The position numbers were made by a program, and so were the translations under genes. From positions 1 to 64,000 of the forward strand of contig RQSC01000908.1 of NCBI GenBank assembly GCA_013416795.1: DNA of 64,000 nt, in the 5' to 3' direction. Source of the DNA: Prasinococcaceae sp. CCMP 1430 (Eukaryota; Plantae; Prasinodermophyta). Positions 12,001-22,937 of this stretch are shown piece after piece; position 1 is the stretch's first letter, and the number at the start of each line of letters is the position of its first letter. Under the pieces are notes generated by a model. It saw nothing but the letters and a program-made list of their open reading frames with translations. It was not told the DNA's origin and did not search any database.

Positions 12001-14865
12001 GGGTGGCTGGTGCCGAGGCTCGAGCGTATGGCAGAGAAGTGTGAGGCTCTTGCGGCCTCCCGCGGTGCTTGGAACGACGGGTCGCCTTCACGTGGGCGCT
12101 GCGAGGCGCTGCGCGCAGAGGCGGATTGTCGCATGGCGCTTGCGTCGCTTTGCCCAAACCTGACTCAGAAGGCGACGGCTGCCCCCGACACCGAGGTTCG
12201 CCACCTCCAGAAGGCCGTGCGTGCGCTCGCCCAAGCTGCAGGGGCGGGCTCAGCGACTGCGACCGCAGCCGCAAGCGATGAAGATGACAGAGGAAGCGCT
12301 CTCTTTGACCTGATCCGGGCCACAGACCTGCTTCTGTCTGCAATGGATGAGGGGTCGCGCTACACAACTGAGCAAGGGGGCGCGCGGGCTGGACAGGACA
12401 GTGCCAGCACCGCCAGCACCGCCGCTGAGCTCCGCACGCAGCTCGTGCGTGCAGTCCTGCGTGGGACCCGCTACAACGCATCGGCAGCTTCGGAGTGGAT
12501 GCCTCGCGCGCTTGCCGTTCTTGCGCGCTCGTCGCGCGCGCGTGCGGCCTTCGCTGAGGGTGTGAGCGGCGTGCCGCCGGGTGCGCTCGCGCCGTGGGCC
12601 CCGCAGCTGCTAGCGAGCCTCACGAGTGGTACAGAGGACGACGCGCGCGCCGCGAGCGTCGCGCTGGACGTGGTGGCGCGTGCGCTTCCGCAGACTCTCT
12701 TCTGGCCGATGCGTGCCTCGCGCGCTGCGCTCGAAGGCAGCCCCGAGGCCGCGGCCCGCGCTGCGCCGCTCAGGGCGGCCATCGGCGAGGGCGCATGCGC
12801 CGCGCTGGAGCGGCTGGGCGCGGCGCTTGCCGATTGCGGCGCGCCACATATCCGGTGGAAAGGATACATCGAGGCGATTGAGAGCAAGCTGACGACCAAC
12901 ACGCCGCAGGCTCGAACGGAGGCCGCGACGCTCTGGCGCGAGGCCCGTGTGGAGCTCTTTGACTGGCCTTCGCTGACGTCGCGCGGCCACAGACGTGACT
13001 CGCGTGGGAAGGGTGGCACACGCGCGCTGTGGTGGGCGGACAAGCACGCCTCCGAGTTTGCAAGGCTCGACAAAGTATTTGGCAAAGACGGCGCTGGGCT
13101 GAGGTCGAGCGCGGTCGTCCAGAACGCGGCGAAGTTCACAGAGTACGTGAGCAAAGCCAGGCTCAGCGTTGCTCAGCTGAAGCAGACTGACGAGAGAGAT
13201 GGCCGCTCCCTGTACTTCGGCACGGGGCCGTGCAGGCTCGCGGCCTTGTCTCCCGACCTGGCGGCGTACACGCGCACTCAGCTCGAGCAGCGCGGGGGGG
13301 TAGCCCTTGCCGACGCTGGCGGCGCGAACCCAGCACGCAGGACGCGCGCGTTTGGCGACGCGTTTGTGCATGTGCCAGGTCTGCATGGCTCGCCGGGGGA
13401 TGCTGTCGCAGGCTCGGCGCCGGAGGGCGTGGAGATGCTTGGAGCGGCGCCCCACGCGCGTGTCTTCGGCTCGAAGCAGCTGCCTGTCATGGTGCGACTG
13501 CGCGGCTCGGACGAGCTCGAGCACGGGCGCATCGTCAAGTCTGGTGAGGACTTGCGGCTCGACGCGCGCGTGCAGCAGCTTTTGCGCGCGATGAATGTCG
13601 CACTGCGCCGCGCGCCGCGCACCGCACGGAGGAGGCTCGAGGTGCACTGCTACGATGTGACGCCGCTGGGTTCGCAGTGTGGGCTGGTTGAGGTAGTCAA
13701 TGCCATCACCGTTAAGGACGCAGTGGAACGCCGCGCCAAGGCTCCGGCAGCCCCCGCCGGTGGCAGCAAGCGCCGTCGTGAAAGCTCCGCGAGCCCCGCT
13801 GTGCTCACGAGCGCGGGTGTCGTGGATTGGCATGTTGATGCAATTACGACCGCCCACAGGAAGGGCAAGCGCTCTGGCGTCGGCCTCGCGCAATCCATCC
13901 CCGCCTCGACATTGGCTTACTCGTACCTGGCCGTGCACGACACGAAGGTGATGACCGACGAACAGGCCAGGACGGTGCTGCTCGATGCCTCGTCGATGCT
14001 GCCTGCGCACGCGCTGCGGCGCGCACTTGCGGCGCGCTGCCGAGGAGTGTCGGAGGCTTGGGTGGCACTGCGCGGGAGATACGCTTCGAGCCTGGCCGCG
14101 TCGTGCATTGGCGGGTGGATCCTCGGCCTGGGCGACAGGCACATCGAGAACATCATGCTCTCCAGCGACGGGAGCGTGGTGCCCATTGACTTTGGGTACT
14201 GCTTCGGAGCCGGGGCGATGCTGCTGCCGATTCCGGAGCTCGTCCCTTTCCGGCTGACTCCCCAGATGCTTTCGCCGCTGCTTCCGCAGCACGCCGCGCG
14301 TGCCGGCTCCACGCTACACTCGGACTGCGCGGCGGTGCTGCGCGCGCTTTGCGCCGCGCGCAGACAGCTCGCGGGTGTCGCGGAGGTCTTCGTGCGCGAG
14401 CCATTGCTCGATTGGGAGACAGAAGCGCGGAAGAGCGCCCGGACGATGGGCGATGTGGTCGCCGGTCTCGAACAGGCCGGTGCGGCTGCGGGCGACGTGG
14501 CCATGCTCCCGGCTGAGGGCGGCGCGGCTGGCGAGAGCAGAGCCCACAAATACGCGAGCCTGAAGGTGGACTTGTTCAACCGCAAGCTGCAGCTCGCCCA
14601 CCCCACGCACGTGCTCGCCGAGGAATTGCGCCGCAACGCTACCCTGCGCCAGCTGGAGGAGCGCTGCGGCAACGCCGACATCGTTGGCGCGCTGGAGCGC
14701 ACGCTGGACGGCGGGCCGGGCTCCGCCCGCGGCAGCGTGTGGCGCGCGCTGCGAAATGCGGAGCACTGCCGCAGCGAGGAGGAGTGCGCAAAGTGCCTTC
14801 TCGACCTCGCGAGCGATGGCGCGGTGCTCGGGCGCATGTGGTCGGGATGGTCGCCCTTTGTGTGA
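1..14865 (+). CDS. PRKDC: DNA-dependent protein kinase catalytic subunit (PIKK family), 5 exons, 5' end at or upstream of window start
   Basis: Exons 1-3701, 3932-9495, 9669-10469, 10556-11184 and 11299-14865 join in frame across GT-AG introns (about 4,750 codons). Splicing restores EEFMRWSIKH and PLWMCLSRLY. The kinase domain has IVKSGEDLRLDARVQQL, LGLGDRHIEN, IDFGYCFG and PELVPFRLT, and the FATC end is WSGWSPFV. Confidence 0.93.
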
Positions 14866-14884
14866 GCGACCGCACGACATTTGT

Positions 14885-14889
14885 TGTAA
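14885..14889 (+). promoter_or_regulatory. TGTAA chlorophyte-type polyadenylation signal
   Basis: TGTAA lies 20 nt after the DNA-PKcs stop. The same motif follows other stops at 18223, 31758 and 57376. Confidence 0.5.
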
Positions 14890-14921
14890 AAGGAATACGT
14901 TGCTGTACCATTGCCTTTCGA

Positions 14922-16146
14922 TTACACCATGCCCGGTGAGGGGTGCGTGGGCATCTCAGGGGCGAAGAGAGGGTGCGCCTCCGCTCGTCCTGCCGCCTGG
15001 AGCTGCCACACGACCAGTACCTGCGTCGCCATCCACGCGCCCACGAAGAGTGTGAGAATGCCGTTCGAGCCTCCGGTCACAACGGAGTAGACGCCCAAGG
15101 CGGAGACCGCACACGCGATGGGGGCAGCGACATAGCACGTCCAGCGTGCAGCGCGCTGGGCGGGCAACCCGCGCATGAGCAGAGCGCTCGCGAGCACGCG
15201 CCCGCCGTCGAGTGGGTACGCGGGGAGGAGGTTGAAGCACAGCAGCGACACCTGACATTTCGATCCGCGCCGAGAAAGGCGGCGCGGCCAATCCCGTCAG
15301 CGCTGCGCAGCGGTCGAGGCGCGAGCGCAGGGCAGGCGGGCAACGTGGGCGCCGCTGCTGAAAGTGCGCGTACCTGCATCACGACTCCGCCGGCCAACCA
15401 GTTGCAAAGGAGGTTGTCCCAGCCAGCGACGTCGCGCAGCTGCACGCTCGCGCCACCGCAGGCGAGCTGCAGCAGCAGCAGGAAGCCGGCCATCGGAACG
15501 TGCGTCGCCGGCCCTGCGAGGGCGACTTTGAGCCTCGCAGCGTGGCCCGCGCCGTTCGTGTCGCACTCGGCGAGGCCGCCGAGGGGCCAAAGGGTGATTC
15601 GCCGACAGCTCCCGCCGACGCGGCGCGCCATAGCTGTGCGGCACGGGGGCGCGAGGAGCCGAGCGTGAGCAACCGGACGCAAGCGCAAGCGCGCGCTTGC
15701 ACGGCGCGCGCTCCCAGTGCTGAGCGAGATCGCGTGCACGTACCGGCATGGCCTAGCTCGTGGATGAGCACGGTCGCGAACAGCGTGATGCCGAGAAGCA
15801 GGCCGAGCACAAAGCCCGCCGGGCCACCCGCGATCGCGTACGCCACCGCCTCAAGCGCGACCACGGCTGGCAGCAGGAGATGCACGTAAAGGTCAGCGCC
15901 ACCGACCGCGCCTGCGCGCGCGACCCACCGCTCTGCGCCCGCGGGCAGCGATGCGTCCGACGCGCCCCCGCTGCTGCCCTGCTCGCCGCGCGAAAAGAGG
16001 TTGGTCCCGGCCGTGTGCGCAGACGCGGCACCCTCGCCCATGGCGCAGGCCGCTCCCCCACCAGGCGCGTGGATTGCACCGCAGCGCTCGCAGGGCGCGC
16101 AGTGTGCCGCCCCCAGAAGCCCGCATACCTGATGGTACATCGCCAT
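14922..16146 (-). CDS. Peptidase M50 (site-2 protease-like) membrane metalloprotease, 3 exons
   Basis: Exons 16146-15744, 15633-15374 and 15251-14922 (330 aa). Motifs are HELGH, ITLWPLGGLA, KVALAGP and FNLLPAYPLDGGRV, with several hydrophobic helices. Confidence 0.88.
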
Positions 16147-16282
16147 GCATGGCCGCGCGCCGCCGGCGCTGCGGGAAAAACGGCGCCAGCTCAGCAGCGA
16201 CGATGCATGCGCATGCGGGTGCCACACCACCGCGCGCTGCGGCGGCGGCAGGAGGGAAGAGGGGGGAGGAGAGGGCCGAGAA

Positions 16283-18087
16283 ATGGCCCTCCCACGGCGC
16301 GGGGGGCGCGCCGCGCACCGCGGCGCGGCAGCGGCCGCGGCCGCGCTGCTCACAGCGGCGCGTGGGACGCGTGCACTCGACAACGGCTTAGCGCGCACGC
16401 CGCAGATGGGCTACAACACGTGGAACGACTATAGGTGCAAGGACATCAACGCTACCAACATCGCCGCCGTCGCCGACGCGATGGTCAGCAATGGCCTCAG
16501 GGACGCAGGTGCGCGCGGGAGGGATCGTGTCTCTCGGCGAGCGGCGCGTGCGCACGCGGCCGTGCCGGGTGCTGACAGCGCGCGCCAACGCGGGTGACGC
16601 GCGGCCGTGGCCGCAGGCTACCAGTACGTGAACGTCGATGACTGCTGGGCGGTGACGCGCGACCCGCACACGTACGAGCTCGTGCCGGATCCGCAGGCCT
16701 TCCCCGAGGGCATCAAGGCCGTCGCCGACTATGTGCACTCGAAGGGGCTGCGCTTTGGCATCTACACTGATCGCGGGTACAAGACCTGCGCAGGGAGGCC
16801 CGCGTCGTCCGGCTGGGAGGGCGTGGATGCCGCCACGTTCGCCTCGTGGGGCGTCGACTACCTGAAGGAGGTAGGCGCGCCACAGCGTGCGCGAGTGCAC
16901 GGCGGATGAGTTTGCGCACGCCATCTTAAACGTGAGGCTGACGCTCGCGGCGCGCGCCGCCCTCGGCGCAGGACTCGTGCAATGCGGACAGCGTCAACCA
17001 CGAGGTGGCCTTCGCCGACTACGGACGCATGCGCGACGCGCTCAACGCGACGGGTCGCCCCATACTGTTCTCGCTTTGCGGCTGGCACGACTGGTACTCA
17101 CCAGTGGGCGCCGCGCTCGGAAACAGCTGGCGCATCAGCGGCGACGTCAACAAATGGCCAAGTGTCTACGCTTCCGCCATGATCAACGCCGAGCTCAGCG
17201 CCAACGCCGGTCCTGGCGCCTGGAACGACCCTGTGCGTGTGCTGGCGCGCGCGCGCGCGCGGCGCATATGAGGTCTTGCGCGCGCCGGCGCGTCGGTCCG
17301 GGCGCGCGAGCGACAGAAGGGACACAGGCGAGAAGACAGAGAAAAACAGATTCGCTCGCATAGAGGGGCGCGCGGCCTGTGGCGACACGTGGCTCGTCGC
17401 CTCGAACGCTCCTGACCCTGCGCGCCGCGGCACGCGCGCGGGTGCGCGGGCGCTTGGTGCCCACGACAGGACATGCTCGTGGGATCTTCCCCTGCAGCCG
17501 CAATGTACAATACGCAGGAGCAGAGCCGGACGCAGTTTTCGCTCTGGGCGGCGATGGCAGCTCCTCTGCTCATCGGATCGAACGTCATCGGCCTCACGAA
17601 GTACGACCTCGAAACATACACTAATGCAGAGGTCATCGCCGTGAACCAGGACGCGCTCGGGGAGCAGGCGACCATCATCAAGGACAACTGCCCCGAGCGC
17701 ACCTTGGAGCAGCTGCAGGCGTGGCGTGACCCCGCCCGCTCTCTCGACGAGCTCGTAGCGGGCTCCGGTGGGGTTCCCGAGTGCACGCAGGTGTGGGCGA
17801 AGCCGCTGTCGGACGGATCAGCCGCGTTGGTGCTGATTAATTGGAGTGGGCCGTCGACAGTGGTCGAGTGCGACGACGCGTGCGTGCGCGCCGCGGGCGT
17901 CGACGCAGGCACGGTCAGCGCATACGATCTTTGGGAGCACCGGGACCTCGGTGTGATGGACACCGTGAAGGTGCCGGTCGGCGCCGACGGCGCGTCGGCG
18001 ATGGTCCGCGTATCGAGCGCCGCAGGCGTCGCGAGGTTTGCGCAGGGCGCTGTGCCGCGCGGCGCGCTGAGCGCCGCTGTAAGGTGA
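16283..18087 (+). CDS. Alpha-galactosidase, glycoside hydrolase family 27, 4 exons
   Basis: Exons 16283-16508, 16617-16870, 16972-17232 and 17470-18087 (452 aa). A signal-like N-terminus is followed by [38 protein letters not shown] and WNDPDML. Confidence 0.93.
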
Positions 18088-18355
18088 GCGCCGCGTGTGC
18101 GCAGCTTATTGATTTCCCGCGAGAGCGCGCGCACGGCGTCGACGCCCCTCGCTCGGAGAGTCCGCGCGGCGCGACCTGCGTGCCTGCTGCGCCGTTTGGC
18201 GGACCCCGTTTGGCGCCGCGTCTGTAATTATTGCACACGGCCCGCTGCGCACTTGGTGCGTCCTTATGGGGGCATGTTTGTGTGTACCCGTTTGCGGGCC
18301 AGCAAAGGGGGGCGGGGGCTAGTGCTACGTAGGGGGTGCTGCTCTGCTGCCCGAA

Positions 18356-20656
18356 CTACCACGTCGCTAGCAAGAAGAAATACGTAGCTAGCGCTAAGAC
18401 CACTTGGCCAACGAACTCTCGGTCAAGTCTCACGACGCCAGCGATCACGACGCAGGGCGGGGATCGCAGAGCTGCTCCGCGCAAATCCGCAAGCTGCGCG
18501 TGCGCTTCCAGCGAAGCAAAACGAGCGCTCGCGAGGCTGGCAGCTTGGCGCGTCGTTGGCGGTGCGATCACCGCGCCGCGCGCGCTTCCGTCCGAGCGCA
18601 TCGTCGAGCCTGCCAAGGCAAGAGCAGGTACCTTTTGTCCCCTGGAGAATACTGAAGGCGAGTGCGAGGACGAGCGCGCGCTCCCGGACTCAGGGTGTTG
18701 TTGTGAATCACAATGATTGGTCGCCTCTCTTGCCCCTGACCCGGAACTTCCTGCGGAATATGGCGCCAAACGCGCTGGCGACAGCGGCGCCGGCGAGCGC
18801 GCCGTCGGTGACACCCCCCCGCCGCCGCCAGAGTTTTCGCTCCATCCGTTCGAGCGCGTGCTTCCGTGCTCAGGCGCACCGGGCCGGGTGATCGCAGTGT
18901 AACGCTGGATCACCATCGGCTGGTCTAGACACGATGCAAGCTCACCAGCGGCGTCGCTCACCTCCACGCCGGCCCTCAGCAGTGCGGAGAGAGCCACCAA
19001 ATCAATGACGCCCCAGCCGCTGACCACGAACAATTGCGACGGCGACATACCCACGAAAAGAACAGAGTAGAGCCCGAAGATGGCGAGAGCGACTGCGCCG
19101 AACACGAAGATGGTCAGGAAAGGGGAGGTGAGCTCCGATATCTGCTGGCACGCGGTCGTGGCGGTATGGAGCCACTCATGCGCTCGCGGCAGCGCGATGC
19201 TGCCTCCTTCGAGAGCCATGCGGAGCTCATGTTGCTGCGCGGAGAGGGCGCGGCAGGCGCCCCCGAACTTGGCCAGTGGCACCATCCACGCGTACGAGCG
19301 CGCAATGTGAAGCACAAACGGCACGCCCTCAGAGAGTATGTTGGACCAGCACCCGTCCTCGCGCGAGATGAAAGGCTCGAGGCTCCACGCCATGTGGTGC
19401 ACGAAGGCGGTCACGCGTGCGCCTCGGTCGAGCCAGCCGTACTCGTACGCAGCCGCGTGCAGGATGTACCCCCCCGCGCCCAACACGGCAAGGCAGAGGA
19501 GGTGCCGCCGGGCCAGCGCCAGCGTGCGCTGCCGGGCTTGCTCAGCCGCGCACAGTCGCGCGCCGGTGCGATTGAAGCCGTCGCCGATGATCTTGTGTGG
19601 TGCGCCCGCCCTGGCCGCCCTCAAGTTGCGATCGCGTGACGAGCTGGCGGTCCCGGCATCCTGCTGCAGCCCTGCTCGCTGGCGGCGCTCGCACCAACCC
19701 ATGGCGAGCTCTCCGATCTGGCGCATGTCGTGTCTCAGTGGCGCGAGGAGCATGAAGCACAACGCCGCGGTCGAGACAATGAACCAAAGAGTGCACATGG
19801 CGATGAACGTCAGATCTTGGCGCGAGAGGTCGAGATCCTCAAAGGGCCGATCGTGCCCGTCATTTGCGTCCTCGGATTGTCGACTACTGCCGCGCGGCAG
19901 CAACGGCGCTGGCGGCAGGAACATCGCCTTGCGCGCCGCGACACGTTCGATGCGCCGGGCGGTGGCAGCAGTGCACTCTTCTCGCAAGACGACAGCTTCG
20001 CGCTCGAGCTCCAGCTCTGCAACCGATTTCACGAGCCACAGTTTCCTGGTGGCCTCGATCTCGGCGGCGACCGCTTCCTCTGTCTCGAGTGCCCGCGCGC
20101 ACACGTGCCTCTCCCAGGCGGCCGTGGCCGCGCGCTTGAGCGCTGAAGTATCGTTCACGTATGCGGACAGCGCCGCGCGCACGCCTCCAAATTCCAGCAG
20201 CAGGTCGGCAGCGGACGGCAACTCCGACACGTGGCGATTCTCCGTAATTATGCTCAGCCGTGCGAAGTGTGGGGGCAGCTGTACGCCGAAGAAGTGCACG
20301 CTGCGCGCAGTGGCGACCGCGGCACCCCGGCTGGTCGGGGCGCACGCGTCGTTGACAGTGTCGTCCGTGTCGAGTAGAAAGTCATGCACAACGGGCGCGA
20401 GCCTCTCCGCGCCCGCGCCCAAGGGGGCGCTGGCACGACCCTCGCCGCCAGCCTGGTCCCAGGCGCTGGGGCACTCGTCAATCACAGCCTCGCGCAGAAT
20501 GCCATCCACGAGGAGGAGCACGCGCCCCAGGTCGAGCAGGGCGAGCAGCGCCAAGAACATGGCAGCGCATCGCCGGCGCGCCGACGCGACGGGCGTTGCG
20601 TCCAGAGCGCTCACCAGCCCCCACTCATCCCCCGCCTGCTGTGCGGGCGACGCCAT
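18356..20656 (-). CDS. Seven-TM membrane protein, gustatory-receptor-like (GRL / 7TMIC) candidate
   Basis: Single 766-aa ORF with seven hydrophobic segments. The C-terminus IAGVVRLDREFVGQVVLALATYFFLLATW resembles the GR-family TM7 signature (G-x-x-x-LD/LN ... TY-hhhhh). Confidence 0.6.
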   Translation of the reverse strand: MASPAQQAGDEWGLVSALDATPVASARRRCAAMFLALLALLDLGRVLLLVDGILREAVIDECPSAWDQAGGEGRASAPLGAGAERLAPVVHDFLLDTDDTVNDACAPTSRGAAVATARSVHFFGVQLPPHFARLSIITENRHVSELPSAADLLLEFGGVRAALSAYVNDTSALKRAATAAWERHVCARALETEEAVAAEIEATRKLWLVKSVAELELEREAVVLREECTAATARRIERVAARKAMFLPPAPLLPRGSSRQSEDANDGHDRPFEDLDLSRQDLTFIAMCTLWFIVSTAALCFMLLAPLRHDMRQIGELAMGWCERRQRAGLQQDAGTASSSRDRNLRAARAGAPHKIIGDGFNRTGARLCAAEQARQRTLALARRHLLCLAVLGAGGYILHAAAYEYGWLDRGARVTAFVHHMAWSLEPFISREDGCWSNILSEGVPFVLHIARSYAWMVPLAKFGGACRALSAQQHELRMALEGGSIALPRAHEWLHTATTACQQISELTSPFLTIFVFGAVALAIFGLYSVLFVGMSPSQLFVVSGWGVIDLVALSALLRAGVEVSDAAGELASCLDQPMVIQRYTAITRPGAPEHGSTRSNGWSENSGGGGGVSPTARSPAPLSPARLAPYSAGSSGSGAREATNHCDSQQHPESGSARSSSHSPSVFSRGQKVPALALAGSTMRSDGSARGAVIAPPTTRQAASLASARFASLEAHAQLADLRGAALRSPPCVVIAGVVRLDREFVGQVVLALATYFFLLATW

Positions 20657-21031
20657 CTTCCAGCGCCGGGTGGCGCCGCACGCGCGAGCGGCGAGCGGCG
20701 AGCCCCCCACTTGCTCGCTCGCGCGCGCTGTGCCGCAAGTGCCGCGGACTTTCCCGCGCGCGCCGAAAATGCCCCCGCCGCATTATTATTGCCGGTGAAA
20801 GACGAACCTTCATCAATTTGAAGGCGCGAGTGTTAGAGTGCGCTTGCGGAGCATGGCATGGTACAGTACAAAAAATTGGACTAGGACTACAGGAGAGCAG
20901 GGTGACGGGTGCTAATGGGCGCAGCGCCGCAAGTGCTCTGTGCTGCACTGCCGAGGTGCGCCCGAGCGCCGTCCGAGCCACCTCCGGAGCGCCGCGCGGC
21001 GCCCTCGCAGGATCTCGGCGGGCGCACCGCG

Positions 21032-21605
21032 TCAGATCCACTGCCCCTCTTCGCTCTGCTCTCCACCCCCACCAGCGCGGGACGCAGCCCCATCCCCTGC
21101 GGGGTCGGCGCCGGCCGCGTCCGCGCCAGCGGCAGCGCCCCGCTCGGCGTCCGCGGCGCCGAGCACCTCGAGAACGACCTTGCCGCCGGCCTTTCCGATG
21201 GCTGCGTTGAGCTCGGCCACGGTTTTGACGTACTTGGCGATCACCTGCGCTGGCGCGAGCGGACGGGGTCAGTGCACGCCCTCGCGCCCTTTCGCGGGCG
21301 CAGGCATGTGACGGCAGGCACGCGACGGCGGGCAGGCTCGTGCGCAGCACAAGGCCGGCGCGCACGCGCAATCCTCGCCCGTCCCGCGAGGGTGGGCAGG
21401 CTCGGCGGGGCCGGCGGTCGCGCAATCCCGCGCGTGCATCCCTCCGCACCTGCTCGTTTTCGCTGATGGCGTCTTTGAAGTCGGCGTCGTCCGGCGCGTC
21501 TCGCAGGGCTTCGGCGAGCTCACGCTGCGAGCGCCGCAGGTGGCGCAGCGCCGTCAGGAGGCGATCGCGCTCCGCCTCGAGCGGCGCAGACGCAGGCTCG
21601 GCCAT
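21032..21605 (-). CDS. Small coiled-coil hypothetical protein, 2 exons
   Basis: Exons 21605-21450 and 21244-21032 join in phase 0 (122 aa), giving LRHLRRSQRELAEALRDAPDDADFKDAISENEQVIAKY. Confidence 0.6.
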
Positions 21606-22286
21606 GCTCGCCCGCCCTCTGCCCTCCTCTGCCTCCTTTTGCCGCCCACGGCTCGGCTTCTCGCGCCTTCACGCGCCCCTCACTCACAGCGGCCTGCGAT
21701 CGCCAGCGCCCGCGCCGGCGCCTGCGACGGGCCTGGTGCGCGCCGCCCCCTCAACGCAGCTCGGGCGGCAGCTCAAAGCGACAAGGGCACCACCGGGACG
21801 GGGCGTGGGGTGCGGTGGAGCGAGGCGGTGCTGCGGCGGGCTGTGGCACACGTCGCGCCGCGAGCGAACAGCGCGCGCCCGGAGCGCAGCACACGCTCGC
21901 GGATCTGATACCAGGGTGCTCGCGGCGAAAGCGGGCGCGAGCCCGGAGAGCCACGGGGCTGGAAGTGGCGTGAATGCGCGGGCGAGACCGGGGAGAGAGG
22001 GAGAGGGCCGGCTGCTGCGCAGCGGCGGACGCGCAGCGGCTGACATACACGCGCTCGGGGCTGCGGCCGGGCTGTCGAGGTTGTCCTTTCCTCCCCGCAC
22101 CCCCTGGTCGGCCTCTGAGGGACCCGCGCAACCTCCGCAATCTCGCCCCCATCGGATGCGCCCTGCGCGCGCAGCGCGCGAGGCCAGCGGCGCGATCACC
22201 AATGCCGCACATTACCCAACACGCCGCAGCGCCGTGCGCGCGGGCCGCTCGCCTCGCAGCACCCGCGCTTGCCACGGGCATCCGCC

Positions 22287-22935
22287 TCACTGCCACTCCG
22301 GCACCTTGCTCATGATGTTCTCGTCCTCCTCCCTGAGCACGTTGTCGATGAGGCCGTAGTCGACGGCCTCGTCGGGCGTGAGGTACAGCGAGCGCGACAT
22401 GTCCTTGTCCAGCACCTCGGCGGTCTTGCCGCAGTTCTTGCCCATAATGTCGCAGTACTCGTCCTTGATCTTGCGCAGCTCCAGACGCTTGATCTGGATG
22501 TCGGTCGCCTGCAGGTTTGTGAACTGCTGGATGGGCTGCTTGAGCATGATGGAGCTCGACGGCAGCGCCGAGCGGCAGCCCTTCTTGCCGCTCGACAGCA
22601 GCAGCGCCGCCTCACCCCAGGCGTTGCCCACGCACAGCGTGTGGACGGGCGGCTTCACGTACTGAATGGTGTCGTAGATGGCGAACGCCTCCGCCTCGTA
22701 GCCGAGCTTCTCGCCCTTCTTGGTCGTGCCGGTCGAGTTGATGTACAGGTAGATGGGCTTGTTGGGGTCGTCGTACTGGAGGTACAGCAGCTCCGCGAGG
22801 ATGAGCTCGGTGACCGAGGGCACGAGCGTCATGCCAATGTACACGATGCGCTCCTTGAATAGGAACGACGGCAGGTCGGGCGGCGCCTGCTCGTTGGCCG
22901 CGCCCGAGAGCTGCGGCAGCACGGCGGCGGCGACG
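22287..22935 (-). CDS. CLPR4: Plastid Clp protease non-catalytic subunit ClpR4-like, 5'-truncated in this assembly
   Basis: Contains PPDLPSFLFKERIVYIGMTLVPSVTELILAELLYLQY, YLYINSTGTTKKGEKLGYEAE and VGNAWGEAALLL. There is no in-frame ATG or transit peptide upstream. Confidence 0.85.
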
Positions 22936-22937
22936 CG

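Noticed and set aside
22-14865. Five separate large ORFs as five genes
   Set aside because: They join in frame through canonical introns into one DNA-PKcs.
17233-17469. Possible H/ACA snoRNA in alpha-galactosidase intron 3 (A-rich hinge, ACA)
   Set aside because: I could not build two convincing hairpins by eye, and the motifs are too short to support a call.
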